Shown here in pieces: positions 11,551 through 21,192 of a DNA stretch of 64,000 nucleotides. The DNA comes from Verrucomicrobiota bacterium (GTDB lineage Bacteria > Verrucomicrobiota > Verrucomicrobiia > Limisphaerales > AAA164-E04): NCBI GenBank assembly GCA_047947115.1, contig CP170459.1:448001-512000 (forward strand), in the 5' to 3' direction. Position numbers and translations under genes: made by a program. The notes beneath the pieces were generated by a model. It did not search any database. It was not told the origin of the DNA and worked only from the letters and a program-made list of their open reading frames with translations. Position 1 is the stretch's first letter. Every line of letters begins with the position of its first letter.

Positions 11551-12827
11551 GCAGATAGATTCGTGGTTCGCGAAACGGATTCCTCCAAACGAAGGTCGTC
11601 GCGTTTTTTCCAGTCACCAGCATTGGAGAAGGTGAATTTCCCTTCAAGCACCGGCAGAGACATTCGAATGAACAAGGTGTAACAAAGCAGTCCAAATGCC
11701 CAAATTCCAAAACAGATCAGGGTCTCATTGAAAGTCGGGGTATAGTCGGTGATATCCCCCAGTGAAGTCGGAATGAATCCGGGAACAACCATCCCCATGC
11801 CTTTCTCGATCCATATCCCTACAATGGCCAAACAACATGCAACGTTCAGATACCGCAAACTGCGCGACTGAGGAAGGGCGAGCAGAATCATTGCCGTGAA
11901 ATTGAACACCACAGCCGTCCATATCCAGGGAACCAATGAATAATGTCCATGCAACCCGAAGTATAAATATTTCGCGGCGGAAACATGCAAGTTATCGGTG
12001 TAAAATTCTTTGAACAGTTCGTTAAGCAATAAGAAAATGTTCACGAACATCGCTACCTGAACAATACTCCGCAGGGTCAGGATGGCCTGATCAGGTATTT
12101 TGTAGGCTGTCACGCGTCGGATGCATTGAAATGCCAAAATAACCAATGCCGGCCCGGAAACAAAAGCGGAAGCGATGAACCTTGGGCCTACAATCGCGGT
12201 GTTCCAAAAGGGTTTCCCACCTAATCCAACATACAAAAAGGCGGTAACAGCGTGCAATGAGACGGCCCAGAAAACTGAAAAGAGAACAAACGGGATATAA
12301 AACCAGGCCCGGGGTTCATGGCCTTTGTAGCGGCTGTATAAAAGATGACCACAGATGTAAACGCTGAGCAGAAGGTATCCGTTCAGAACAATCACATCCC
12401 AACTCAACATGGATCCCGGAAAGTTCATTTTTCCTATACCGGGTATCAAATGCAAGAAGCGGTCCGGTCGTCCCAGATCCACAACCACAAACGCCAGACT
12501 CATGATGATGGCAGCCACCGCGAGAAGTTGACCGAAAATCACCAAGTCACTCAGTGATTTGTTTCGATAGATATACACGGGAATTGCCAGCATCACAGCC
12601 GCATCGGCAATGCCAACCATGAAAGTGAAATTGGCAATGTAAACACCCCAGGAGACATCGTTACTTAAGTCGGTAATGGCCAAACCATGCACAAGTTGTT
12701 TCATGTAGGCATTCAAACCGACGAGGCTAACAATAAACAGGAAAGCCAACCATCCATGGTAACGCCAGTCACCTTTGAGAGCGACTCGGCCGCATCGGAG
12801 CAGAAAAAGGAGATAGGAACGTATCAT
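11547..12827 (-). CDS. NrfD/PsrC/DsrP-family polytopic membrane protein
   Basis: VSWGVYIANFTF, VVDLGRPDRF, many hydrophobic segments; follows a 4Fe-4S protein. Confidence 0.9.
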   Translation of the reverse strand: MIRSYLLFLLRCGRVALKGDWRYHGWLAFLFIVSLVGLNAYMKQLVHGLAITDLSNDVSWGVYIANFTFMVGIADAAVMLAIPVYIYRNKSLSDLVIFGQLLAVAAIIMSLAFVVVDLGRPDRFLHLIPGIGKMNFPGSMLSWDVIVLNGYLLLSVYICGHLLYSRYKGHEPRAWFYIPFVLFSVFWAVSLHAVTAFLYVGLGGKPFWNTAIVGPRFIASAFVSGPALVILAFQCIRRVTAYKIPDQAILTLRSIVQVAMFVNIFLLLNELFKEFYTDNLHVSAAKYLYFGLHGHYSLVPWIWTAVVFNFTAMILLALPQSRSLRYLNVACCLAIVGIWIEKGMGMVVPGFIPTSLGDITDYTPTFNETLICFGIWAFGLLCYTLFIRMSLPVLEGKFTFSNAGDWKKRDDLRLEESVSRTTNLSA

Positions 12828-12832
12828 GAGAA

Positions 12833-13792
12833 TCAGACGTCGAAGTAGTAAAAAAACCTAGGTAAAGTTCCGACTTCCTCTTTAAGAACGAAGACTCGCT
12901 TGTTCTTGAGGATGTGAGATATTTCGCTTTCCGGATCCAGAACGTTTCCGAATTTACGGGCTCCGGTCGGGCAGGCCTCCAGGCAAGCAGGATAACGACC
13001 AGCCCGAGTGCGTTGAATACAGAAATGACATTTTTCCACCACGCCTACTGATCGAGGGCGGTTTCCCAGGTAAGACATTTCTTCATTGATCTTTTCCTTG
13101 GGAATCGAAGGTTTGACAAAATTGAACTGTCGAGCGCCGTAAGGACAAGCCGCCTGACAATAACGGCAACCTATGCACCAGTCGTAGTCAACAACCGTGA
13201 TCCCGTCCGATTCCTGCCAGGTCGCCTCCACGGGGCACACCTTTACGCAGGGAGGTTTCTTACACTGATGGCATTGAACCGGCATGTAATACGATCCTTC
13301 CTCAGGCACGGTTGGCGTTTCGTAGTGATGATCGCCTTTTTCGAGATCCAAGGTGCCATTGGGCATTTTCAGGACTCGAATATATTGAAGTTCAGGACTG
13401 CGGGATTGGTTATTTTCCTCCACACAGGCATGCACGCACTTGCGACAACCAATGCAACGGGTTAGATTCAAAGCGTAAGCGAATTCAACACCGTCCATGG
13501 GTTTCAGGTCCTTGACATGGGGGCGGATTCCGTATTCACGTTCCACTTCCGATTCGATCCGAGTCAGGACATCTTTCAATTCTTCCGGCGATAATTCCCG
13601 GTAATGTTTCTGAAGAAAAGCCTCTAACGAGCTGAAGGAATCGAAATCTTTGAGAGGTGAAAGACTGGCAGCCAAGGCCGCCAAACCGGTCGCCCCGGTC
13701 AAAGATTTTCGTAAAAACCCCCGACGACTGAGATCTCTCGTATCGGCCGATGATTTCGGAGCATTCTCTGAATGGTTCTTGGTGGGATTCAT
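12833..13792 (-). CDS. Tat-exported 4Fe-4S protein (NrfC/DsrO-like)
   Basis: SRRGFLRK; CIGCRKCVHAC, CHQCKKPPCVKVCP, CIGCRYCQAACP, CHFC..PACLEACP. Confidence 0.92.
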   Translation of the reverse strand: MNPTKNHSENAPKSSADTRDLSRRGFLRKSLTGATGLAALAASLSPLKDFDSFSSLEAFLQKHYRELSPEELKDVLTRIESEVEREYGIRPHVKDLKPMDGVEFAYALNLTRCIGCRKCVHACVEENNQSRSPELQYIRVLKMPNGTLDLEKGDHHYETPTVPEEGSYYMPVQCHQCKKPPCVKVCPVEATWQESDGITVVDYDWCIGCRYCQAACPYGARQFNFVKPSIPKEKINEEMSYLGNRPRSVGVVEKCHFCIQRTRAGRYPACLEACPTGARKFGNVLDPESEISHILKNKRVFVLKEEVGTLPRFFYYFDV

Positions 13793-13801
13793 CTAGTTTG
13801 A

Positions 13802-14554
13802 TTATGGGTTGTCGGTTTCCGTCGTTGGGTGATGATTTGAACCGTGCATGGGGACCGGACCTCGCGCCGGTGAGAAAGGGAGAAATGCCGGATAGTGCGG
13901 GTCGTGACAGGATGTACAATCCCGTTTCACACGATCACCGGCTGATTGATCCCAGAACCCGTTCAAACGGCCGTGAATCCCAATTTCCCAATCGCGATAT
14001 TTCGGACCGTGGCAATCTCTGCAGAATTCGTTGCTTTGCTCCGGACTCAACCTCCCGCCCGTTTTGGTTTTCAGAACGGTGAGATCTTCGCTGTCATGGC
14101 AGATCATGCAGTCGTTGTTAGTTCCCCCTGGACCATGATGGATGGTGAGGTGAGCGTGCTCGTCAGGGATGATCGTGTTTCCGTCATCGTCCCAATCCAA
14201 TTCATAAGGACTCTCCTCTGGATGACAAGCCATGCAATTCAGCCTTGAAAAAACCAAATCGCGGTGACCGTCTCCGACGATCACTTCACCTGCATCGTTT
14301 CTGAGGGTGGCGACGGGGTCGTCCTTCTCATGGCAGGCATAGCAGTCCAGCCCCGAAACATCCTCGTCCAATGCGATAAGCTCCGATACAGAATAACGCG
14401 GAAGCGCCATGTCTGCTGAGAGCGCCTCTTCCACCTCGACGGGAGTCGGAATCCGAGGCGCTCCCCATAGTTCCAAGAGGAAGCAGACCGCAAGAGCTAG
14501 AAAGGCGCCTGACCAGATGACCGCAGGTGCCATATTGGATTGAGAGGTCGCCAT
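13802..14554 (-). CDS. Membrane-anchored pentaheme cytochrome c
   Basis: N-terminal hydrophobic segment; CYACH, CMACH, CMICH, CRDCH, CTSCH. Confidence 0.9.
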   Translation of the reverse strand: MATSQSNMAPAVIWSGAFLALAVCFLLELWGAPRIPTPVEVEEALSADMALPRYSVSELIALDEDVSGLDCYACHEKDDPVATLRNDAGEVIVGDGHRDLVFSRLNCMACHPEESPYELDWDDDGNTIIPDEHAHLTIHHGPGGTNNDCMICHDSEDLTVLKTKTGGRLSPEQSNEFCRDCHGPKYRDWEIGIHGRLNGFWDQSAGDRVKRDCTSCHDPHYPAFLPFSPARGPVPMHGSNHHPTTETDNP

Positions 14555-14591
14555 AATTTAGCCTTTTATATCAATGGTTGCGGTTTCTAGT

Positions 14592-14993
14592 TTATTTCTT
14601 TTTATCGGGAAGCACTCTCACGAACTTGATCAATTGCTTCAACTGATCATCCTTGAGTTTCTCGCCGTATGCCTTCATTTGTTCCTTGCCCTTGTCATCC
14701 TTCATACCATTTTTGGTGTTCAGGAATCCCTTCGTATCAGTGAAACTCGCCTGATACTTCTTATCGGTCAGGTCTTTGACTTTGGCTTTGCGCCCGGCCT
14801 TTGTTTTTCCTTTGCCATCATTACCGTGACAAGAAGAACAATGCTCTTTCCAAAGTTCGACCGTTTCCTTTGTGACCTTGACGTCAGAAAGGTCAATTTC
14901 TGTTTCGGCTGCCGTCGTATTCAACACGATGGCATTCCAGGAAACAAGTAGGGCGAAAGCTGAGAGAGAGGTAATATATCGGATGTGTTTCAT
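14592..14993 (-). CDS. Periplasmic monoheme cytochrome c, Lys-rich
   Basis: Signal peptide from MKHIRY (ATG 14993); CSSCH; candidate distal Met in EQMKAYG. Confidence 0.88.
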   Translation of the reverse strand: MKHIRYITSLSAFALLVSWNAIVLNTTAAETEIDLSDVKVTKETVELWKEHCSSCHGNDGKGKTKAGRKAKVKDLTDKKYQASFTDTKGFLNTKNGMKDDKGKEQMKAYGEKLKDDQLKQLIKFVRVLPDKKK

Positions 14994-15185
14994 AATATCT
15001 TTCAAGTAAGTGTTATTCTTCGTGAACCTAAGTTCCACAGTCCTAATCTTAGCAAAGATCAACGAAACGACTGCACCTAAATTGCTCAACCCTGCGCATT
15101 ATTTGTTGAAGACTATTTTTTACACATATAGCACTTGATCAATTACTTACACATACTCAACCAGGTGCACCATTTGACATCAAGG

Positions 15186-17507
15186 TCAAAACCGATACTG
15201 GATACCGGTTGACACAAGGTGTGCTTTGTAGTCATTCCGACCACCATACGTATCGCTGGCATGCTGGAAATATCCGTAACTAAGATTCCAGCGCATGTTT
15301 TCACGAATGCGACGCGTCAAAGTGAGCGTCACGCCATGATCGGTATCTTCGGCCCCATAGGGTTGAGTGAACGCGGAATTGTCGATGTAGTTATCCGACC
15401 GGTAATACTGATATTGCGCCTCGATTTCAGTGCGAGCGTCAATGAGGTAACCGATGATGGCGGAAGCAGTCCAGTAGTCGTTTTCAGCGTCCTGCACCAA
15501 GACTGTCAAAGCTGGATCTTGACTGAGAGGCGTAGTGGTGTCATCGAGCACATAATTAAGGTTACCTTGGAGATAAACCTTGCTCCATGGCGACCAGGTG
15601 GCGCTCTGACTGAAGATGTAAGCCTGTTGTTCCGCTGTATCCAATGAAGCCAACCCATCCTTTTGGATGTTGATGTTGGATTGCTGATAATCGAATCGCG
15701 ACACCAGTGTCAGAGTGGTGTGCGGACGGACGGTCACACGAAAATTCACGTCGTCCACATCAAAATTATAACGATTGAGGTATGCCGGATAGCGGTTCAA
15801 ACCGGTATTCGCAACCGAATCTGTCTCTTGATCGAAATCATTGGACCTGATCTTGCGATAATACTGCGCCCCCATACTCAAACGCTGCATGGGATACCAG
15901 TTCGCCCCGACTGTGTATTTGTGCTGAAAGCGGGAAAAATCGGTATCGCGTTCAAAATCGACCAATCCGGTGGTCAAGGCCAATTGCCGTTCTTCCAAGT
16001 CACCATCACCCTGCAACCAATCCCCCCTTAGGTAGAAAACCCAATGTTTCAAGCGAGCATAACGGGCCTCCAGCCTTTCGGAAAGATCAATGAAACCCTG
16101 CTCGGAAAGACCTTGCCTGGAAACGCCACTACCCGGCGTATCAAGCCAGGTTGAACGACCTTCCATGTCCTGGTGCTCAATGCGAATCGAAGGCGTGATT
16201 GTCAAACCCTTCACAGGTTGATACATCAGGTTGAGAGTGGCCACATGTTGATTCACCCTGGATCCCCCTGTTAAGCCGAGAAATCCGGGACCTCGCGCCA
16301 GTGACGGGTCATACACGGCATCGTATTCGAGTGCAAAAATGCGATCCCCGCGAAAATCGGTGTCCAGACTGGTGACAGCATATCCGGATGACAAGAACCA
16401 ACGTTCGTTGAAGCGGGTTTCGGTAAAGGAATGAGCACCGAAGAGGTCGGTGTCGGTGATCTGGTTCTGGGTCATGCGGGACTCGGAGGAGCTTTCCGGA
16501 TCATATCGTTCATTCAACGAATTCGATCTGGATCCGGTTTCGATTCGCACCCCGCCACCAAGGTCGGTATTACCCAGCGTGTGCCTCACCCCGAGACTGA
16601 CACGATCACTGGATTCATCAATGCTTCGAAACGCACTGCTGATGCCTCTTCCTTGCGCCGATCTTGCCGGGGCCCAGATCAACGAGTCCTTGTTTCCCTT
16701 TGTAAACACATGTGCATAGTCAAAGGTAAATACAGGCCAATCTTCCTTGGCCAAACGACCCCGAGCCCATGCCATGCCTCGATCAACAAAAAGTTCGTCC
16801 TGATCGAGCGGAAACCATGAGTCCGTTGCGGGATCATAGCCTCCGGATCCATTATAAAATGAACGGCTTTCCTGATAACCGACGGCCAGATACCCCAGTT
16901 CCGAATCATCATACTTCATGGAAAAATCGAAGTCCTGGTTGCCGAGCATGCTTTTGCCGTCGATGAGAAACATCCCGTTTTCACCGACAAATTTTTCAAA
17001 ATGAAAATCCTGAACACCCCCGAACCCTCCGGAAGGTATGCCGAAGCGTCTTTGAAATTCAGCCTGGTTGCCTTGCACATCAGCCCCCCCCACGGAGAAG
17101 TTCAACCATCCGGTAAATTCCGTATTGCCACCACGCCACTGAGTAAATTCCTCCTCGCCCTCCTCCTCGTCTTCGCCCAGAACATCATCGAAATCATCCC
17201 AATCGAATTCCTCCTCCAAATCCTCCATCTCATCATCGTCATCGCCCCCCCCTTCGGAGACCGTCTCCCCGGATTCCGAGTCAGGCAACTTTTCTTCCTG
17301 CCCGGAAACCTCGGCTTCGACTGACTCATCTTCCTCCGCTGATGGACTGTCGCCGGTGATGACCGCGTCGCCTGACGGAGCTGGAGATTCAGCGCCGGAT
17401 ACGGATGATTGGGAATCCGCACCATGAAGCTGCCATGGAACCAGCCATGCCAGAATAACAGCCATGGTCAGGGAGCGGATCGTTTTTTCACAAAAGAAAG
17501 CGTTCAT
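15186..17507 (-). CDS. Outer-membrane beta-barrel, MtrB/PioB-like
   Basis: Signal peptide, alternating amphipathic strands, terminal IQYRF beta-signal; directly after an MtrA-like cytochrome. Confidence 0.8.
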   Translation of the reverse strand: MNAFFCEKTIRSLTMAVILAWLVPWQLHGADSQSSVSGAESPAPSGDAVITGDSPSAEEDESVEAEVSGQEEKLPDSESGETVSEGGGDDDDEMEDLEEEFDWDDFDDVLGEDEEEGEEEFTQWRGGNTEFTGWLNFSVGGADVQGNQAEFQRRFGIPSGGFGGVQDFHFEKFVGENGMFLIDGKSMLGNQDFDFSMKYDDSELGYLAVGYQESRSFYNGSGGYDPATDSWFPLDQDELFVDRGMAWARGRLAKEDWPVFTFDYAHVFTKGNKDSLIWAPARSAQGRGISSAFRSIDESSDRVSLGVRHTLGNTDLGGGVRIETGSRSNSLNERYDPESSSESRMTQNQITDTDLFGAHSFTETRFNERWFLSSGYAVTSLDTDFRGDRIFALEYDAVYDPSLARGPGFLGLTGGSRVNQHVATLNLMYQPVKGLTITPSIRIEHQDMEGRSTWLDTPGSGVSRQGLSEQGFIDLSERLEARYARLKHWVFYLRGDWLQGDGDLEERQLALTTGLVDFERDTDFSRFQHKYTVGANWYPMQRLSMGAQYYRKIRSNDFDQETDSVANTGLNRYPAYLNRYNFDVDDVNFRVTVRPHTTLTLVSRFDYQQSNINIQKDGLASLDTAEQQAYIFSQSATWSPWSKVYLQGNLNYVLDDTTTPLSQDPALTVLVQDAENDYWTASAIIGYLIDARTEIEAQYQYYRSDNYIDNSAFTQPYGAEDTDHGVTLTLTRRIRENMRWNLSYGYFQHASDTYGGRNDYKAHLVSTGIQYRF

Positions 17508-17536
17508 TGTGTACTGCTGGGTTGATCTGCTGTGGG

Positions 17537-18346
17537 TTAAAAGCGCAAAGAGCTGCTGACGTGAGATCCGTGCACCGCCTCATGACAACCGGCGGTCCAA
17601 CAAGTGCCCTCCCTCATCAGGAAACGATGTGGCAAACCGCCGATTCGTAAATCAGAATTCAATTCCTGCGCATGACATTTCAGGCATAGGACAGAGTTAC
17701 GTTCCTTCAACATCTTCGCGTTGATGCTGCCGTGAGGATCGTGACAAATGGTGCACCCTTCCCGCATGGCTTCGTGTTGAAAAACAAATGGACCTCGTTG
17801 TTCAGGATGACAGTTCAAGCAGGTGGCATCTTCCGGACGGTTTAAAAAGTTCAGATTACCGGTTGTCGCAGTCCCGTGGTGAGGGTCGTGACAATCAGAA
17901 CAATTGATCTGCCCGTCCTCAATAGGGTGATGGTTTGGAAGATGAAATTGGCCCCTCATCTCGGCATGACAACGAAAACAAACGGACGGTGATTTCCTGG
18001 GGTTGATGATGGTGTCGTAGGCCCCTCCGCTATCAGAATGTATACTCCCCGGCCCATGACAAACCTCGCAGCCTATGCTCTCCAGATCCTCATGATGGAC
18101 CGGCACGTCCGCATGAGGGGTGGCTTCGAAAGAGGTAAAATAAGTCTCATGACACGAAAGGCAGTCCTCTGACCCGACAAAATCGGCATCAGGAATGTCC
18201 GGCGGCATTCGAAATACCGAATCGGGTGTGACACAAGAAATCCACACCAAACTCACGAAGGCAATCAGCCCCAGCACCGGTCCGGTGAAACCAAAGGTCT
18301 TTCCGTTGAACAGAGATCCATTATGACTGTTTTTCCACGATTTCAT
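17537..18346 (-). CDS. MtrA/DmsE-like multiheme cytochrome c (7 CxxCH + 1 CX4CH), possible lipoprotein
   Basis: CLSCH, CEVCHGPGS, CFRCH, CSDCHDPH, CLNCH..RGPFVFQH, CTICHDPHGS, CLKCH, CWTAGCHEAVHGS; leader ends VWISC. Start uncertain (18346 preferred over 18430). Confidence 0.88.
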   Translation of the reverse strand: MKSWKNSHNGSLFNGKTFGFTGPVLGLIAFVSLVWISCVTPDSVFRMPPDIPDADFVGSEDCLSCHETYFTSFEATPHADVPVHHEDLESIGCEVCHGPGSIHSDSGGAYDTIINPRKSPSVCFRCHAEMRGQFHLPNHHPIEDGQINCSDCHDPHHGTATTGNLNFLNRPEDATCLNCHPEQRGPFVFQHEAMREGCTICHDPHGSINAKMLKERNSVLCLKCHAQELNSDLRIGGLPHRFLMREGTCWTAGCHEAVHGSHVSSSLRF

Positions 18347-18777
18347 GAGGCGGTTGATCCTTCTCCACTGATTGAAAAGTGTTCTTACTGAGACAACTCT
18401 CCCGGCCATATAGCACGTTTGATGTTTCATATCTCAAGTCGAGAAATATGTGTCAGCCTAATTGATTCCCCATATCCAGTCATAGCCTATTTTGTTAAGG
18501 GGTAGCCAAAAATTGTTGCAATGCATTTCTGCAACTTCAAGAGCACACTCACGTGACTTGTCATCAGCCGGGAATCAATTTTTGTCTAGGCTTAAACAAC
18601 AAAGGTGTGGCTGGAAAAATCCTTCACTCGTACCGTAGGTAAAACTTGGTCCGTACTGAACCATACAACAAAGGGAAACGGAAAGTATGAACACACGATT
18701 GACATCGTTTTGGCGTCTGGATCCAAAAGATCTCTTCTATCACTCTGAAATTGATAATTCTAAAACATCAAGCTCGC

Positions 18778-21027
18778 ATGAAAACTAACCAAATACTAAC
18801 CACCAGAGTATCGAATCTTAATCATCTGATGAAGGTGGCGATACTGGGGGTCGTTCTTGCGATTTGCATGCCTGCCACGGCATTTGCCGAAGGCAGCCAG
18901 ATCGCAGCTCGACCACTGTCACCACAAGAGATCAAAGACCACAACCTGCCTGCAGGTGTTCAAAAATCGGGGGGGTTGCACAACATCGGTATCGGGGAAC
19001 CTTTCTATCTGGAAGCACAGGTACCGGCAGGAACGACCGTCGTGACAACGGAATGGTCCTTGGAATCCAAACCAGCCGATTCCGCAGCAGAGCTTTCCGA
19101 AAGCCCGCTCCCGTTGACAATTCCCGTTTACAATCCCGGCGATCGTGAAGTCAACTTCGTTGCCGGACGGAAACTATTGGTTCCGGACATTGTCGGCAAA
19201 TACCAAGTCAAGGCCGTTGTGAAAACCGACGGGGAAGACATTGTACTCACTCGCGATCTGTATGGCGCAACCTATATTGGGGCAGGCGATGGATTCGTGT
19301 TTTCGGATCCTTTGCGTTGCTCTGTTTGTCATACCGAGAAATACAACGGATGGAAAGAAACGCGTCATGCTGACGCCTTTACCAATCACATCGAAGGCAG
19401 GGGAAGCAATCACTATGGCGAACACTGTAATGCTTGCCACACTTTGGGTTACAATACCGCACCTGAAGCAGACAACGGTGGATTTGATGATATCGCCAAG
19501 TTGGTGGAATGGGCTTTTCCTGAAACGTTGGAACCCGGCAATTTTGATGCCATGCCCAAGGACCTGCAACACAAAGCCAATATTCAGTGCGAAAGCTGTC
19601 ATGGTGCCGGTAGCGCTCACGTCGCAGCAGGTGGTAATCCCGAAATGATCACCATGAGCACGAGTTCAGGAGACTGTGCCCAATGTCATGATTCAGCTCC
19701 CTATCATGTCATCAACAAACAATGGAATAGTTCTAATCACGCCGTTGCCACACGGTATCCAACCGGTGAAGGACGTTCTTCTTGTGTTGGTTGTCATAGT
19801 GGGGTCGGGTTCATCGACAGAACCGACGGATTACCCCAGAATGAACGACGTACCGAATGGGAAGCCATAGTCTGCGCGACCTGCCATGATCCTCACGCAG
19901 GAGACAACCCTCACCAGTTGAGAAAGGTAGATTCCGTAACATTTGTTAACGGGCACACCGAAACCCAAGGCGGAAACGGACTTCTTTGCATGAACTGCCA
20001 CATGTCACGACGTGATGCAGAAACTTACGTCACGGAGTATCATGGCCATTACGGACCTCATTATGGGCCACAAGGCGATATGCTCTCTGGCACGAATGCT
20101 ATCGAATATGGTCAACGCATTCCCAGTTCTGCTCACTTGGCAGCCGTCAAGGATTCCTGTGTGACCTGTCATATGCAGGACACCAGTAGAGATAATCCTG
20201 CTCACACATTGGCTGGAGGCCACACATTCAAACCATCTTGGAACGGCGGAACTCCCGAAGACCATTCAGACGATATTCCTCTGGTGGAAGCTTGTTCCAA
20301 CTGTCACGGCGGAATCGAATCATTCGATTTTCCAAGACAGGACTTTGATGGTGACGGAGTCATCGCTGGCGTACAAACAGAAGTCAAAGGTTTGATGAGC
20401 AAGCTTGCCCTGTTGTTGCCGCCTTATGGCGTCGACGAAGTTTCCGTAACTGCAGATTACACCCCCGCCGAATTGCGAGCCGCATACAATTATCTCTTCG
20501 TAGAAGATGATGGCAGCTTTGGTGTGCATAACTTGAGTTACACACTCGGCATCCTTCGCGGAGCCATTGCCGATGTGTCAGGAACCAGCTTGGACAGCGA
20601 CGGCGACGGTATCTTGGACGAATGGGAAGTCGAACATTTCGGCAGCATCGTAGCCAAGAGTGGAGATGGCGATGCGGACATGGATGGTCTGTCAGATCGC
20701 TTGGAATACCAAGTGGGATCCAATCCTAACTTGGCAGATTCCGATGGTGACGGATTCGGTGACCTTGCCGAGTTGCATGCAGGAACAGACATACAGAATG
20801 CCGAAGATAATCCCGTAACCGGACGTAGTGAAATCCACCACGCCGTAGAGTACGTGTTCTACACCGAAGCCGGAAAATCCTATCAGGTGCAGGTTGCAGA
20901 TTCTCTGAATGGCACCGGATGGGTCGACGTTGGGGAACCGATCGAAGGTAATGGCGATGTCATTCAGCACTTCGCATCTACCAGAGAAGAAGCGCAGCAG
21001 TACTTCCGTGTGATCGAGTTACAATAA
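18778..21027 (+). CDS. Exported nonaheme cytochrome c with TSP3-like Ca-binding repeats and a C-terminal beta domain
   Basis: Signal peptide ending AFA; CSVCH, CNACH, CESCH, CAQCH, CVGCH, CATCH, CMNCH, CVTCH, CSNCH; DSDGDGILD, DADMDGLSD, DSDGDGFGD. Start may be 18829. Confidence 0.9.
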   Translation: MKTNQILTTRVSNLNHLMKVAILGVVLAICMPATAFAEGSQIAARPLSPQEIKDHNLPAGVQKSGGLHNIGIGEPFYLEAQVPAGTTVVTTEWSLESKPADSAAELSESPLPLTIPVYNPGDREVNFVAGRKLLVPDIVGKYQVKAVVKTDGEDIVLTRDLYGATYIGAGDGFVFSDPLRCSVCHTEKYNGWKETRHADAFTNHIEGRGSNHYGEHCNACHTLGYNTAPEADNGGFDDIAKLVEWAFPETLEPGNFDAMPKDLQHKANIQCESCHGAGSAHVAAGGNPEMITMSTSSGDCAQCHDSAPYHVINKQWNSSNHAVATRYPTGEGRSSCVGCHSGVGFIDRTDGLPQNERRTEWEAIVCATCHDPHAGDNPHQLRKVDSVTFVNGHTETQGGNGLLCMNCHMSRRDAETYVTEYHGHYGPHYGPQGDMLSGTNAIEYGQRIPSSAHLAAVKDSCVTCHMQDTSRDNPAHTLAGGHTFKPSWNGGTPEDHSDDIPLVEACSNCHGGIESFDFPRQDFDGDGVIAGVQTEVKGLMSKLALLLPPYGVDEVSVTADYTPAELRAAYNYLFVEDDGSFGVHNLSYTLGILRGAIADVSGTSLDSDGDGILDEWEVEHFGSIVAKSGDGDADMDGLSDRLEYQVGSNPNLADSDGDGFGDLAELHAGTDIQNAEDNPVTGRSEIHHAVEYVFYTEAGKSYQVQVADSLNGTGWVDVGEPIEGNGDVIQHFASTREEAQQYFRVIELQ

Positions 21028-21061
21028 GGACGAAAGTAGTAGATCGTTTCCTGACATCATC

Positions 21062-21091
21062 AAAGGGGCCGTCTTAGGACGGCCCCTTTTT
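21062..21091. terminator. Intrinsic terminator, probably bidirectional
   Basis: AAAGGGGCCGTC-TTAG-GACGGCCCCTTTTT. Confidence 0.88.
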
Positions 21092-21139
21092 ACGTACAGT
21101 TGAGGTTATTTAAATCAAAGCCCCGGTATTGCGGTAAGA

Positions 21140-21170
21140 AAAAAGGCGACACCCTCTGCAGAGCGTCGCC
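21140..21170 (-). terminator. Intrinsic terminator of the Gfo/Idh/MocA gene
   Basis: Minus strand GGCGACGCTCTGCAGAGGGTGTCGCC followed by a T run. Confidence 0.65.
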
Positions 21171-21192
21171 CATGAAGCAAAAGCACCATGCT

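Noticed and set aside
18751..18771. FNR-like TTGAT..ATCAA
   Set aside because: Spacer is 11 nt, not 4.
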